64,000 nucleotides of DNA from Phoronis australis. Lineage: Eukaryota > Animalia > Phoronida. Under the pieces are notes generated by a model. The model searched no databases, was not told the origin of the DNA, and saw nothing but the letters and a program-made list of their open reading frames with translations. A program made the translations under genes and the position numbers. Where the stretch lies: positions 69,298 through 133,297 of the forward strand of contig NMRA01000578.1 of assembly GCA_002633005.1 (NCBI GenBank). Direction: 5' to 3'. Shown here in pieces: positions 13,201 through 28,200 of this stretch. The first letter of the stretch is position 1, and every line of letters starts with the position of its first letter.

Positions 13201-16200
13201 TTTGATAGTCCCTCTTGCAAAAGTGGATCATTTTAAATTTTCAACATTGTTTTGAAGACCAGTCCATAAAGCTTTGTATTTGAAAGCTCCATTTCAATCT
13301 GGTTAGTTATTTCTGAGACATAATGTTCCGTAATTAGCCAAATTTGGACATTTTTGTGGGGTCCTTAAATATTAACTCTCATTTTGATCACATGATTGGC
13401 TTCATCGTTGTGGAAATGAGCAAATGAACGAAAACCTGGATTTTACAATTTGCACTTTGAAAATCACATAATGACAGCACAAAATCCGAAGTATTATAAT
13501 TTTTGTTTACAAAGTGAAGTTTTCTGCGCAAGATGTTTCATTTCTATTCGCATGAGTAGGTAAGAAGCACCAAAATTTTTGTCATGTTTTAAAAAAATAT
13601 GTTTGTATGTTTTTCTTTACCATCTGTAACTCATTCCATTTTGCACAGGTTTGCCGACGATGGCAAGTGTCGTCTCGGCGAGCGCTGCGTCGAGGCTCAC
13701 TCCCACGCAGAGCTTGCTGAGTGGAAGGAGCGTTTCGAGTACAGAAAGGGTAAAGTTCAAAAGGCCAAGGAGATCCTGTTGGTCGGCAACACCTATTCGG
13801 ACCAACTGTTGGAGCGACTGATGACTGCTGACAACCCAGACACAGTGGTAGGTTCTTGTAACTTTGTCTGAGCAGAGCCCGTCAGGCACTGGTGTTCACG
13901 TGAAAGTACAGTGATTTTGTTTTAGGGTTAAGATTATCAACTAGTTTTCTTCTGCTTTGTAGTTTGTCGCTGGATTTTTAGTCCGCCTCTGTTTTTTCAT
14001 CTCTGAGCTGTTGGGTCAAACATGGCAGCCTTTGTGCTGCTATTTGACTCTCAAATTACGCGGAAGTTGGATTAATCAATTTTGTTTCATGGGGATGAGA
14101 TACTTTGTGGGATATAGTTGGTAAGTCTTGAATCAAGCCTGCCTTTTTCAGATGGTGCAGAAGTTAGACACCGTGAATTTTGTGTGCAATGATCTACTGA
14201 AGCACGTTACTAAAGACAAGAAGTTCTCAGATTCTTGGCTTTTCACCGTCACAAGCAGAGTAAGTTGTAGACACAGGTGTAAGTCTTTTTGATATCTCAT
14301 TGATTTGATCACCATAATTTGTTTAATCTTATTATCGTTTATTGCATATTTTAACTGCTTCTTTATGAAAAGCACATACTGAGCTTTGTGCTATTTGTCA
14401 TTTTTTAGTCTGTTATCAACAAAATGCATAAATTAAAAAGGACATGGTGGCCAATGGGGTTTTTATCTGATGTTGGTGCATTCTTTATGACTTATCTGGG
14501 GTACCAATAACAGAACTGAATTCATGTTTTGTATGTGTTAAGTGGTGTCTCGTTTGTGCGCACTTAACCAAATTCTGTAAATCTTAAAAATGGTCAGATC
14601 TGTCTCAGTTATTGAATTCTAATTCTTCACTTTTAGACCTCTTCAGTTGGCTAATTTGGATTTTCATTTAGGTCCAACTTGGGATAATATGTACACATGC
14701 AATGAAGCACATGTTAGTGCTTGCTGCCTGACAAGCTGTACAAATTTGTGACCCTTCTTGCTATTCGTGACACGGTAAACGATAATTTGATGACAAGGAC
14801 ATGCTAAAAGGGCCAGATTGGCGTTTCACATTGCACTGCGATTAGCTGCTGAGATTTTGGTAACTTTAAAAAAATCACTCGAGATGCAATCTCAGTGGTA
14901 ATTCTTGCGGCCAATGTTGTCGTGTGGCTTGCCACGCTTGGTATAAGCCAGTTGATTCCAATTAATGTAAAGTATAATACAAATCCAGCGATGTCGCCAC
15001 AGTGGTGAGTGCAGCAGTGACTATGTCAGCTGCCACTTTTGGTACGAATGAGCTTTCTGTCGGGTTTCCTTCTGTTGTCATTTTGACGGTTTGTGTTTCA
15101 CTTGCAGGACAGCTTACAGAGAGTGTGCCTCCTGGATGACCAGCATCGCCACCTGTTCAATATCAACTCCATCACTGTGGGACCAAAGAAGGCACAAAAG
15201 TCTCAGAAGATCGACGATGGCTGCCAGGAGTGGACAAATCCATCGCCGCCTGACGACGCTGGACTGAACGCCCTGCAGAAGGTGTACAGGATCAAGGTCA
15301 GTGCTGAAAGTTTTAATTGATATCCAAGTAATAAAAATGCACTTTTTGTTTCCTTTTATCTTCCTGTTACCAGATAAGATTGTAAATGGATTTGTTTAAG
15401 GGACTCATCCGGGTTAGTATCCTCTGTGCTGAAATTGGGAACTCAAAAATAAGAGGATGGGCATCAAGACGAGGGTGGGAGTTAAGTTGAGGCTTGGTGT
15501 CAAGCCAAGGATGGGCCTCAAGCCAAGGGTGGGCGTCAGGCAGAGGGTGGGCGTTAATCCAGAAAAGTACGATTAGTTTAAATTGTCCTTTTATCATTAT
15601 TACATCGCAGTGCTGTTTTTACTTGCTCTCTATGTCATAAAAGATATAAAAGTATCAATCTTGTTTAAAATGCGATATAATGCGTAACACATTGTGGCTT
15701 CCAGATTGCTTTCCGAACTGAAATCTATGGAACATTCCGTCAGACGATCATCTTTGATTTCGGCAGCGAGCCTGTCTTGTTCAAAGAGGTGTGTGTCGAC
15801 TCTGCTCCGCTGTCCAGTCTGGAGGAGTTGACCCAGCAGGTGACCAGTCTGCTGGACATACCACGGTGGGACACGACCAAAATACCGCTTGTTGAGTTCA
15901 GCCCTGTGTAAGTGTCTGTGACTGTGTGTGGAATTGATGTAAAATGACAGTGCACAATGTTGTAGTGGTTAAAGTATTAGGTACATGACCAACAGGTTGT
16001 GATTTCGATTTTAATGAGTAAGAAAAATAATTACGACAATCACTCGGTTCCAGATCAGCTGCTAGTCTTAAAATCCCACGCAGCGCTAATTAAGTCAAGC
16101 CAAACTCGCAATTTTCAATCCGGAATAAATCAAATTTACGGTGATGAATCTTCCACATTCAAGTAATCAGTCCACGGTGTTATTGTGTGTAACAAGGAAT

Positions 16201-19200
16201 GCTAAACAACCGCATTAAAGACCAAAGCAAATGGTTCCACCCCAAACATGAACCAGTACAATTTATGGTAAGAAAAAATTGAAACTAATCCTAGAACTGT
16301 TCACTCACATTCCGCGACGTTGGCCCCGGATTCCGTGTGCTAGACTTTGGCTACTCATGTCATGTTAGGTGTCGTTTTAGTCAGACTCCGCAGCAAATCA
16401 GCAAGGGTCCTACACCGTATATGACACAATTGTAACCATGAGACTGTCATGCTATTTCGATGGTGACTGTTCGTGGAAAGCTTCTTTTACACCTCTCCTA
16501 AACCAGTCCTCACAATCCAAGACGACCACGTCCCTAGCATGCAATGGTATTCAAAGGTGGCACTGCACGGGGCTTCAAATCATTAGTTTATTAAAATTCA
16601 CGTGACTGTGTGCAGTTTTAATTAGCTGTAAAGTACTCATCTCTCATAAGTGCTATGATGCTGGGTTTATTATTTTTACTGTGTCTATTTTGAGACTGGG
16701 TGCCTTTGAATGTTTGATTGGCCATTTTATCAAACTTCCAACCTTGTGGATGGGAAGTTAGTGTTAGGACTACTGTCTGAGAGTGTGAACTGAAAATTTT
16801 AGCATTCCGTTGTTTGATGACTCGAAACGTTATGCACTGTATGGAAATGACGGTTGTGCTTTCGTGTTTGTATTGAGCAAAGTACTTAATGTTGTCTCAG
16901 AACATCTTTCCATTTCAATCCACATTGTCAAACATGGATTGTAAATCATAAACAACCAACATTTACGAAGTTTGGTCATATTCCAAAGTTGTAAAAGTAA
17001 TTTATTTGTTTCAAAAGTACTCACTGTCCAAATGCCTATTTCCAGATGTTTGTCTGGTCAAAACAAAGACATGCAGAAGAAGGAGAAAGTGTTGACCTCT
17101 ACCTACCCCGTACCTCACGCGGCCACCTACAAACTGTCCGAAGCGGTGGTTAACGTCAATATGTCAAAGGACAACTACAGGGCCAGAATGCATGACCTGC
17201 TGTATATAGAAGAGATGGCGCAGTACTCCAGCATTGCCAGGTAGTTGGGTGGTGTGGTTGTTGGTTAGTTAGGCAGATATTTAGCCAGTCCATCAGCATG
17301 CACATCTCAACTTCACCCAGCTTTTTGTTGTGAGAGTGGACAGGCTATCACACTAAGCGTGGATTTCCTCTCTGGGTTTGTGTGGCATGTTACAAAATAA
17401 TCCACCTTGCCTGGCTTCATTGAAATGTTGGTTCTGCCTATTTTAGTGTTTCCTTTTGGCTAATCTCTCGTTATTGAAAAAATTCCCGTTTTTAAACATC
17501 AAAATTGTCCCAGAAATAGAAAAGTTACAACTTGTGCTAGCTTTAAACCCGAGTCCCGCAGCACACTGTCCAAACACACATGACTTGTGAACAATAACTT
17601 GAATCTGCTCCCAGCGTAATTAACACAGCCTGAAGAGAATTATTTAAGGTACAACCTCGCATAACTTGTCTTGTGATGACTCTTGTTTCATGCTTACTTC
17701 AATTTTCGACATTTTGTCTAATTCAGTCTGTCAGGGCGATGATCAGTCACTGGCTAATTACTTTGCTTGTCTGGAACTGGGGTGACCTAGACTAATTTTA
17801 ACTAATTTGGGAAAGTAGTAAGTACAGGTGAACCAGCCTGTTTTAGTAAATTTGTGAATTTTGTGGTTAGGTTATAGCCAGTAAGTGGTTTGTTTGTGAT
17901 TGAGAAATAATGTGTGCTTTGTAGGAAGTTAGTAATCTGTTGTTAGATATGCAGTCGGGCAGTTTTCTTGGTATCGTTGGTTAGTTCAAGACATTAAAGG
18001 AAAAAACGTTTCTTCATTTATCACTTAGTTACACTCACTGGAACGCAAACTCTCACTTTGTTTGTTGAGACGATGCGGTTTTGCGATTTAGCCACTTTAA
18101 GAGAAGCACCGAACTTTTCATTTAATCACTTTCACGATTCCCTAACCCCTATTCTAGGTACAACGTGAAAACATGTCTGCAGCTTGTGCAGAAGTTCCTG
18201 CTAATTCCTGGACAGACGGACAAGGTGCGGCACGCCGACGAGGGGGAGCTCATCGCTCGTATGAAGTTGAACTCTGACCTATGTGAAGACACACTGCATG
18301 GACGACTGATATTGCAGAATGTTTTCACTGTTTATTTGGCCCAATATGATGGCAAGAAAAAGGTGGATCCTGACACGGTACGTTTAGTTAAATTCAGACC
18401 ATTAAATCTTTGAAAAAGTTTATTTTCAGAGCATTCATTTCATTTGGCTCACTTTCATGCATGGGTGATAAGTTGAAACTTTTTTTCAAATACCAACTAA
18501 GAGCTTTCAATCTTTTAGGATTGATACAAGACTGGATCATTGTTTTATTGTTTCACTGAGAAAATTGCATTATTCTCATCTCATTGCTTTGTCTGTATTA
18601 GCAGAACTTTGTCAAGATTTACGATCTGACTACTTGCAGATTTATGAAGCATATGTAGAGGACCGCGGCAAGGACTTTCTGATGCTGCGACTGTCAGCGC
18701 GAATGGTCTCTGACCTTGGACTGAAGCCAGACACAGAGACGTCCGTTCAGGTGCAGTTTCACCTGAACCGTGTGCCCCTATGTCAAATGCATCTGGCACT
18801 CGATCGTATCGATGACCCCAAGGTGTTGTTCCCTGATCACACAGAAAGGACACCGAGTATTCCATGGACGCCAAAAAGGTACGTCTGATTGATGTGTTAC
18901 GTGTATATAATGTGTCAGAGGAAGAAAAACAGCCAAACGTCAAATACAAGATTGTAAGTATCTTGTTTTTAAAAAGAGATCAATTGCCAAACATGAAAAT
19001 TGAACCTGGTTTGGTTTACTTGTTTAGAATTGCCAAAAGCGAAATATTACTGTTTTATTTGTCATGAGTTTGGCTGTTTTTCTCTGTTTTTCATTCATTA
19101 TAAAGTTTACAACAGGCTGCATCTTCAAAGATCACGTCTATATTTAAATCTGGTTCTGGTTCATTTTACGACTATTGGGGATTTCTGAAAGACCCCACCC

Positions 19201-22200
19201 CCACCGATGGTGTGCTGGTGTTGGAGAAATTACTAGTGTCTGTTTGGCTCTCTGTTGTGGACTCTCAACGGAAAGGTCATGGGTTCAGTTCCTAACTCGG
19301 TGTTGCAGTTGCCTAGTTGCAGTTGCCTACTAGTTGCAGTTGCCTACTAGTTGCAGTTGCCTAGTGGAGTGTCCTTGAGCAAACCACTTTGCCTACATGA
19401 GTACTAGGTTAGGATACAGGACTGAGATATGACTCATCAGCATTGGGTGCCTGCAATACATGCCAGTCCTATGTGCTGCAGGTATAATAAGAGCAAAGTG
19501 TATGTGAATACTTTGGTAATACTTGGGTCCGCCAAGCATCTATGAAATGGAACTTGCACGCTAATTCCTTATCTCTGTGATTATCTGGTCAAATTCGTTT
19601 GAAACACAACATATAGCGATTATATGAATATGAAGTATGTGAAAATTGCCAAGTGTTTTTAAGACGTGTTTTGTGTACAAAATAATCCACTATAAATCAC
19701 TCAACTGCGTTCGATGAGTATCATGACGTGATGTTGGGGAATGCATGATGTGTGCTATGTAGTCCCCCACGGCTCGTCAGTAGTTCAAAGGTCATCTATT
19801 TGCATATTTTTTGTTTTCACGTTTACAAGTTGTCAATGAGTACAACTCCACTTTGTTTAGCATAGATGATGTTCAAGTAGCCTTGTCATTTAGTCCCTAT
19901 TCATTAGCAAAGTTACGATCATGCAAATAGATGTTTAAAGTATGGGCAGAATTGTAAGCATGCAATATTATTCCTTATGCTGATGCTGCTCCAGAAATAG
20001 TCACGAACAGGGTTTCCAGATTTCAAGATCCAGTTTCCTCCACTGAATAATGAGCATCAAGCTGGTTCTCAAAATCTGTTACTGCTACTCAGTCAGTGTT
20101 ATTTTAATAGGTATTATTATTCTTAAAAGAACATGTTGAAATTGCAGGCAGTGGAGTCATCACATGGACAGCAAGCTGAACGCCAAGCAGAAAGAGGCTG
20201 TCGTCGCCATAACAACAAGCAGTAATGTGACCTTGCCCCCCATTCTCGTCGTCGGCCCCTATGGTACTGGAAAAACGTACACATTGGCACAGGTTGCTAA
20301 ACAGCTGCTGCTGAATGAGTCGTCAAGGATACTGATATGCACGCATTCAAACAGGTCAGTCTGATAGTTTTATGGAGTGCTAGTCAAAAACCATTACTGG
20401 TAATTTCTGCATTATTACAGGTCTTTTCAAATTTACGTCCATGTGCTAACATTTGGAAAATTTTCCCACAATAGTCCCCATAGGCCACATTTAGGTATTT
20501 CTCAGCGCTTCGTAGGTTTTCTCAAATAGTGGTGTCAACAAGGGTCAAAAAAAGAAAGCTTTATGAGAGCCGGGACATTATTTCTGCACATTTTTTCTTG
20601 ATTCACTCAGAGCTGTAACGTATTTCAGTGCTGCCGACCTGTACGTACGCGACTACTTCCACCCTGTGGTTATTGCCGGAGACTCCTCCGCCCGGCCCTT
20701 GCGTATCTACTACCGACACCGGCGTGTGGATACAGTGGATCATGTCGTGGTGCAGTACTGCCTCATTGTCAGTGCTAGTGCCAGTGAGGTCTACTTTCGC
20801 ACACCGACACGTGAGGACATAGAGGACCACCGTATCGTCATAGTTACACTGAGCACGTCACAAGATCTGTACGATCTAGATCTGCCAAAAGGTACAACTT
20901 AATTTGGAAGAACAGCTGACGGTCATTTGCCTTCCCTCTCCAATTTTTTCCCTGCTGGTATCCAATGAAGTATTAGGGACAAGTACAAAGTTGTTAGTGA
21001 CCAGAGGGGCACAAGTTGAAATGATTGGCAACCTGGGGGCACTTTGAAGGGGAGGGGGGCCAATCGAAAATTTGAAATGTTTTTGTTGCTGTGGCCTGGT
21101 TGCGCCCTTATGTAGCTAGGTTGTTGTACCTTTACTTTGGCAAGGCAAGAAGTGTCTACCTGCATAGTAAGGAATTTGGTGGATTGATGAGACCTGCCTA
21201 GTTTATGTACTCACTTCAGGGAAACTCCAAGGTGTCTCCTGCTGTGAGGAAAATTGCAGTCTTGAGACGTTTATTGGTAGTATCACATTTGAAATGGCTG
21301 GTGTGGAATTGCCACCTGTAGATTAGTGTATGATTGATTATACATGGTGTGCAGTATGTGAAGTTACCTTGTTGTTTTGTGAGCAGGTGTGACTGCTCAG
21401 TGGTCCTGTAGTCAAAGCCTAAGAACCATATCGTGAACTGAATTCTAGATCATGATGTTAAATATATCCCAGAATTCGGAATGTGTCCAGTTTCTTCTGG
21501 CATCATTGTAACACTCCTTCCCTTTGAAACTGGGGCAGATAAAGAACCAAATGCAGGAAAATAAATAGTCTATTACTAAGTACAATTTAATGAACTCTGT
21601 CTTTTTTCACTGAATATTTTCCTTTTGTTGTGGAAAACCGCTCATTGGCACCTTGGTTTTTTGTTGAGTGCCTAGCTCTTCCCCAAGGAGGAAGAAAATG
21701 AAGAGATTGCTTTTCCAGGGATTAAATCTCAGCCTCTCTTGATACTGACAAAACTGAAGCATTTTTGTGTGACCTACATATTGTTGCAGGCTACTTCACC
21801 CATATCCTGGTGGATGAAGCTGCCCAGGCCATGGAGTGCGAGACCATTATGCCACTGGCGCTAGCAGGACCACAGACACGAGTGGTGTTGGCTGGGGATC
21901 ACATGCAGGTATAGACTTTAGGCTACTTGGAATGCACAAGCTGAGAGGCTTGTTTTGACTTTGGATCCGTGGCTTTGTCAAGATTGATCCTTTATCCATA
22001 TAGCATTGCATCCTTTAGAGGTATAAAGATGGTAAGATTAGTGTAGTTGGACTTTTATAATGTAAATCAACAATCTCTTGTGTAGCTGTGTAGTGGGAGC
22101 TGAGATGTCACTCTTTGTCCTGTGGTCCCTAAGTAAAAGAAGTCAGTTCCAAAGTAAATGAATACTTTTGTTACGTGAGAATTGCCACCTCCACGTGCCC

Positions 22201-25200
22201 TCCAGAATATCCTGCATTTCATGAGAAACTCGGTCCGTACCAGGGCCGTGTATACTTTGTCAATAGATTTGTACACAAGTCCCTATAGACAGAATCCTTC
22301 AATATCAGGAACACTGATCTGTCTTTTTTGGGTGGAGCAGGGCAATTACCTTATTAGCGATGACTCAGTGCAATGAAATACTGGCTGAAATAAATATAGA
22401 TTATTACATGGCGAAGTCGTTATCCCCTGTTATCTAGAGCCCGAGTTAATTTTGGAGAATTATCGCTCCAAAATCCACGAGGGTTCTAGATAATTTGCTC
22501 AAAAGCAATTGAAAATTTAAACAAAATAGAAATACAATGAATCTATGAATTATGGTTTAGCAACTGTTATAGCTTACTACACATTTTATCACACTAAACT
22601 TCCACCGGGAAAATGTCTGCTAAAGTAGGTTACCACTAGTAACTGACTATAATGCTCAAGTCAAAGGATCCCGTCGACACTATACCCGCATTCAAATTGG
22701 GAGATCGGTGATTTACAAGTGAGAGAACACGAGAGAAAGAATTAAAATATTGTTTTTATGGAAATTATGCATTTTATTTTTCATAGCGTATAAATGTCGG
22801 TGCAATGCCCTTTGCTGAACATGCGATTGTTGCGCGTGCTCATTTAAGTATTCTATTTTCACGTTCGATGACGTCAGCCGCTGAGTGGTTTAGTGGTAAA
22901 GTCGGCGACTCCAAACTCTTGAGTCCCGGGTTCAAATCCGGCCTCAGTTTCCTGCCAAAATGTGATCTCACTAGTGAGATAACTTTATGGATTATTACAC
23001 GGTTCTATCTGCCATTCGAGGCTAATATTGTGATATAAATCAAATTATCGCAAACTTTACTGATGATTTTTCAATCTGTTTAACTTGTGAAATTGAATTC
23101 GTAGTGAAAAGTTGACCAAGGGATGTAACCGGGGTACATAAATGGTTTATTTGTTGTGTGTTCTAACAAATAGTAGCAAGAACGCTTCACAATAGACTAT
23201 GTTGTTAGCTGATTTTGGAAACCGCTTGTGTCCGGAGTTGAAACTGTACAGGGGAATTCGTTATATTCTGTTTCCAGATGAGTCCGGAAGTTCACTCGGA
23301 GTTCACACGCGATCGTCACCTGCACGTTTCTCTTCTGGAGCGTCTTCACGACCGCTACCCTGCTGAGAGCCCTATCAAAATCTTGCTGTGTGAGAACTAC
23401 CGCTCACACAAGGCCATCATTGACTTCACGTCTGAGCTGTTTTACGCTAGTCAGTTGGTGACCAGTGGGCGACAGCCACGGCACGAGCGCTTCTATCCGC
23501 TCACTTTCTTCACCACCAGAGGGGAGGACGAGCAGCATCAGAACAGCACTGCCTACTACAACAATGCGGAGGTACTTAGAAAAACTTGTTCTATATTTGA
23601 GTGGCTGATGAGGTCCTGTTGAAGAGCAGTCATTCACTGAACAATGCATAATTTTGAAAGCAACATGCATAATTTTGAAAGCAACAATTAGGCTAATTAC
23701 AGTAAATGTGTTCTGAATGAGGAAACCATCACTATATCTGAACTGAATGCAGTGAAGCATTAACCCACCACTAAGCCAAGGCTGTCTATTCATTAGGTGT
23801 CTTTTCTGGGAGTGACTAAATAAATACAATTAAGTCAGTTCCAGCTCTGTTATACTTGTGTCACACAGTCAGGGCACTACTTTTATGAAACAGGACTGGA
23901 CATATCCCATGGCCATCAACGTGTGGCATTTTTACATTGAGATTTCCAGAAAATCTGATGAAAGTTATCAGAAAGTGTCTTGCATTGTTAAAGCGAGTGT
24001 CATTTTTATCATACATGCTCTCGACAGATGAGTTTGTTTTCTCTCAGTCTCATGTCTTGCTCAGCATCCTGATAGTCAATACCCTCGCAATGTTTGTCTG
24101 AATTCAGCGTTATTAAATTGGTATATCCATCTGTAAAACAACTGGAATTCTTGCAGAAACTTCCCTAAATGCGAGTCCACAGTTTTGTGCACCACCTTGA
24201 ATATATATTAATTAGGTAAAGCAAACAAAAGATTCACGTGCGTTTCTACTTCCTTGGACGGGTGAGCAAGGCCTGTTGAAACCAATATTTCTTGAAAGAT
24301 GTCGACTGGGTTAAGTCAAAACTTTGAAAGTATGCCATATCCAATATTTTCAGGATTGTTTGAAACTTATTCTCATCTGTTGAGAACCATCTATTAATCT
24401 GAAGTTTGGAGCAAATTGTAAAAATGCCGATGACCAATTTTATCAGCAAAAATCTGGTAGCTTTGAAAGGCTCACTCTTTTTTGTTGCATGCGTATTTGG
24501 GTTTCGTTATCACCTCGATCCGGATATGGAACTGGAATGTCTGTCGCACCAGAAACAAAGGATGAGTCAACGTCTTTATATGGAACATCTCTCGATTTGT
24601 AAAAGAATCCTTAGACCAATGAGCTATATTTATCTGATTGCCTTAGACTACCTTTGCGCGGCAGACGACGTTACAGAAACCAGACACGACCACTGGCTGT
24701 GCAAATTCTAGAATCACTCCTCCCGAAACTGTACATCACGCATTGCCGCCAAATTTTTTAACTGGGAGTAACCACAAGTATTGGATCAGCCAACGAAACC
24801 CCTTATAAGAAAATGAGATGAGCTTAATTTCGATTAGCCAATGCCAATGAGAAATGCACCAAAAATACCCAATAGTATTCGTCTAAGTGAGAAATACACA
24901 AGTATCAACCAATAAGAGTAGTCATACGCGTTTCCATTCAAAGGTTAGTTGATATTTCAAACACTGCTGCCGCAGTCTATTTCTTATTTCTAAAATGACT
25001 GATGGCCTATCTATTTGAGGGAAGCAGTCAATGAGGCGATAATATTAAGAAAGTGGCTGTCATTTCAAGCAACTTTTTAAAATTTTGCCCATCTTTTTTA
25101 TTCTGGCCGTCCAGTCGAACCAGTCTAAAATAATACTCTGTCCATCCAAAAAAACAGGCAAGACGGACACTATTTAAACCCCTGCAGCCGCTTAGACACC

Positions 25201-28200
25201 CAACTCACCCAAAGCTTGGATTTTCGTACCAATTTTCCAAAAACCATTCCCCCTCTGACTTCACTCAGAGCACATACTACACTTAGGCTGACAACAAATC
25301 CACGGTTGTCGAACGTTTATGTAGGTCATCGAAGCACTACTGCACATAAATTCGTCCACTCTATGTTATATCCCAAGGAAAGTTTTAGGCTACAGTTTTA
25401 TTTCTAAATGAATCGAAAATGAACAGCCACACTCTTACAATTGAAAAATGAAGAATTGTATTAAGTTTTGTGAAGTTTGCTGACAGAGGCTTATATTTTT
25501 CGGGCAAATAACGCACAAAAAATTAATACGCGCTGTGCAGCCACCTAAAGCGTGGCCATGCCACTATTTGTTATGGACGCAGAATCACTTGTACTCCACG
25601 TAGCAAGAAAATTCAAAATTGTACGACTGTTGATATTTTTTTGTCTTAATCTGAATATCATATAATGAAGAACTGAATCCCGATTCTTTTCGAGGAAACA
25701 ATTTAATACCCGAGTACAGTCAGAACTGCCAGGTGCATTTCACGCTTCAGTTACACCCATTACAGGGTCTTATATGATGTTGTCAAGGACAGTCAGGCCT
25801 GGCTAACACACACTAATGCAATTACATATTATAAGCTGACGATTGATTGTCGATAAAAGCGCAATAGCTTTGGTTCCGTAATGAGACATGATTTGGGTTA
25901 TCCTCCTGGAACAATGGCAACATCTTGGGTATTTCAGGTTACATGGATCTGGAGATAGCATTGATATGTGTTTGGGCTCTCTTCACTATAATCTGATTTT
26001 TCCCTTGGGATTGGTCTGTATTATTGATTGCGTTCACTTGTGTAGGCACCCGTTTTGCAATATTTTTTCACTGACGTATTTGACATCTAGAACATCGCAT
26101 TTAACAGAGCATTGAGAATTTGAAGACATCAGAACTCAATAATGTGTACAAGGAAATTTGTACTTTACGGGAAACATCTTGACCACCCACGTGTTGACAT
26201 TTTACATCTGAGTTGTGACCACTGACTAGAGTTGGAGGAATTTTTGTGGGTCGTGGAACTTTTGAGTTTGCATTTTTGTCACTGTTTTACTTGCCACTTA
26301 ACATGAAATGTGATGCATTATCAGGTGTATGAGGTTGTGGAGAGAGTCACTGAACTTCGGGACTCCTGGCCTAAGTCGTGGGGACCATTTCAAGGTTCCA
26401 GCATCGGTGTGGTGGCACCTTACCACGATCAAGTCTCGAGGATAAGAGCTGAGCTTCGCAAGCGCAAGATGGCTGGTGTATCGGTAGAACGTGTTTTCAA
26501 TGTACAAGGTATGAGTGTAAAGAAGTGTATCACGTTTAGGCCACCTGTTTCTGTCCAATTGAATTTGTATTGCCCTTCTCCGACTTTTTAGCCTAGTGAA
26601 CCAACTAGAACCTCTGGTGCTACCTGAACGTCTGTGTGATGTAGGGACACAACTTATGGCAGAAAGGTTCATATAGGACACGGTTGTCTGAGGGTGAAAG
26701 TGAAATTATTCTGTCATCACTTACGACATAGCTGACTTTCGAAATAACTTGAAATTCACTATGTTGCTAAATGACAGTCAGGACTCTGGTGGACAGGCAT
26801 TCAGCGCCACCTACAGATCCCATGTAATGTTTCAAGTTTCAATTTACTGGACAGGTATAAACAGCATTTTCAGCACTTTTCGTGCTATAATAATGGAGGT
26901 GTACTAATCCCTTATGAAAAAATGGCAAACCTTTTGTAATATCAATCAATGAACAAGTCCATCATGTTCCTTGCATTTCCCACTGCGAAGAAGAATCTGC
27001 AACGAAACCAGTTGCATTGGCTGATAAAGCGAGTGAAGTTCAATAATTAGTTGATCGATGTGACAGTTGCGAAATGGTTCTGCATGCAATAAATATAAAA
27101 TTGGCAAAACTTGTTTTTGTCAATTGCAAAACTTCTACTGGTCCAATTCGCTCAGAAACTCCACAAAATATAATATTCCGCAAGTGCACAGTATTCCGAA
27201 AGTGCACAGTATTCTGCAAAACTTGTGCAGTGTTCTGCAAGTGCGTAATATTCCGCAAAGTCTGCGTAATATACAAAATCTGTGGAATATTCTGCAGATT
27301 TTGACGAATATTCGGTAAACTTTGCAGAATATTCCGCAGTCAGTGTGGTACATTCTGCATGGCAAAATTTGAACTGCTAATTATTAGAAAATACTAACTG
27401 AGGAAATAAAAAAGTAACATTGTAAACATGTTTAGGATAACGTATAGATTTGTTTCATACCATTTTTATGGCCTTAAGTGGATATAAAAAAGGTGCGGAA
27501 CCGTTCCGTCCACTTTGAGACTAAATATGAAAGTTTCATTTGAAAAAATCACAGTCGTCATTGTTACCTGAAAGTGCATTCTTCTCATTCTCTGCCGAAT
27601 GCCATGATTAAAATGTTTGTCCAAGCTTGCGCAGGTGGTTTCAAATGATCAAAAAATTATGTCAATAGAACTGAGTGCTGTCAGTCCTGTCAGTATAATT
27701 GGATGTTTCATTGTTAAATTTTTTCTCCAAATGTTAACCAACTGTATTGCTTTTCTTTAGGTAAACAGTTCAGGGCCATCTTCATCTCGACAGTACGCAC
27801 ACGTAAGACCTGTACGTCAGACCCGTCTGAAGAGGACCAAGTAGATTATGGTTTCTTATCAAATGACAAGCTACTTAATACCGCTATTACTCGGGCACAG
27901 TCACTGGTGGCTGTGGTCGGGGATCCTGTTTCATTATGCTCTGTTGGAAAGTGTCGGTAAGTTTCCCCAACAAACTTACAAGTGTGCAGATAGGTCGATA
28001 GGTTATTCACTAAGTTCTGCACTCTGGGATATAGCTGTGGTTTTGTAAGGGCAATAGGAAAGGAGTAGTATTTTAAGCATGTCCTTAACTTCAACAGATG
28101 ATAAGAAAAATACATCTGTTGCAACTGCTGCTCCTTTGTTGAACACCCCGTGTCTTCACTTTGTCATAACAATAAGTTGACTTCGCTTGCATACGTAACC

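Noticed and set aside
22880-22948. Functional tRNA-Trp gene
   Set aside because: The anticodon stem does not pair, the acceptor stem has mismatches, and there is no clear T-run terminator. Treated as a pseudo-tRNA or SINE head.
27040-27365. Four overlapping ORFs with Cys- or Asn-rich repeats
   Set aside because: Translation of a minisatellite in a HELZ intron.
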